32,000 nt of DNA from Methanothermobacter thermautotrophicus str. Delta H (GTDB lineage: Archaea; Methanobacteriota; Methanobacteria; Methanobacteriales; Methanothermobacteraceae), in assembly GCF_000008645.1 (NCBI RefSeq), contig NC_000916.1:300001-332000 (forward strand), given 5' to 3'. Shown here piece by piece: positions 31,713 to 32,000 of this stretch. How positions within the stretch are numbered: position 1 is the first letter of the stretch; every line of letters begins with the position of its first letter. Position numbers and translations under genes: made by a program. The notes below the pieces were generated by a model. The model was not told where the DNA came from. It saw nothing but the letters and a program-made list of their open reading frames with translations, and searched no databases.

Positions 31713-31964
31713 ACCCAGATCTGGTTCTATGCAGGGGCAGCCCTTGTGGTGATAGGTTCAATCGCAACCGTGGCAGGTCCGGGTGTCAGGGACCCCATTG
31801 TGAGGATCCTCAACACCGAGATACCTGCGGTTGGTGTTTCACTCATATTCCTCACCTACAACCACACCCTTGCCCTCCTGACCTTCATCGCGGCAACAAC
31901 CATAATGACACTGGTACTCCTCAGGGCGGTTATAAGGCTTGAGGAGATGGGGGTGGAATTATGA
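31695..31964 (+). CDS. ehaE: Energy-converting hydrogenase A subunit EhaE (small membrane protein)
   Basis: 89 aa with a GTG start at 31695 and 3 TM helices. The stop overlaps the next ATG (ATGA at 31961-31964). Confidence 0.6.
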   Translation: MRNLLETQIWFYAGAALVVIGSIATVAGPGVRDPIVRILNTEIPAVGVSLIFLTYNHTLALLTFIAATTIMTLVLLRAVIRLEEMGVEL

Positions 31965-32000
31965 GTCTTGGAAGAATCCTGAATGAACTTGCGAACCCCA
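31961..32000 (+). CDS. ehaF: Start of the next eha gene (EhaF by position), truncated by the window edge
   Basis: ATG AGT CTT GGA AGA ATC CTG AAT GAA CTT GCG AAC CCC... is open to the window end and translationally coupled to ehaE. Confidence 0.45.
   Translation, partial: MSLGRILNELANP

Overview
This reads as a chromosomal segment from a pseudomurein-walled methanogen (Methanobacteriales). From memory, unverified, it most resembles the Methanothermobacter region just upstream of the eha operon. Left part (1-7.4 kb, minus strand): an edge-truncated secreted GHL10/DUF187-like hydrolase, a Kef-type K+/H+ antiporter with an RCK domain, a secreted transglutaminase-like protein with pseudomurein-binding repeats, and an orphan multi-TM PAS-GAF histidine kinase. 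Centre (7.5-26.8 kb): a large envelope-glycan cluster. It holds two TagF-like CDP-glycerol glycerophosphotransferases, a translationally coupled nucleotidyltransferase + GpsA pair, four GT4 genes (one split into two ORFs), two GT2 Dol-P-hexose-synthase-like and one GT-C glycosyltransferase, three SDR epimerase/dehydratases, two Wzx-type flippases and a UPF0104 flippase-like protein. Right (26.9-32 kb): a DUF1616 membrane protein, two tandem paralogous small secreted proteins, an AT-rich control region, and the first genes of an energy-converting hydrogenase operon (ehaA-E plus the start of ehaF). I found no rRNA, tRNA, CRISPR array, transposase or integrase. Main observations: (1) a bacterial-style glycerol-phosphate (teichoic-acid-like) module with its own sn-glycerol-3-phosphate supply. 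(2) Seven apparent single-base reading-frame lesions, at or next to short homopolymer runs, all in the first 18 kb; they could be an assembly artefact or real decay. (3) Mosaic near-identical DNA blocks between the two tagF-like paralogs, forming 3.65-kb-spaced direct repeats. (4) A 314-bp near-identical core shared by the two secreted paralogs. (5) An AT-rich block inside one glycosyltransferase. (6) Several small repeat or palindrome elements in promoter regions, including a 39-bp tandem pair upstream of eha and a 21-nt repeat spaced 52 bp at the ehaD/ehaE junction. All family assignments come from motif recognition by eye; no searches were run.
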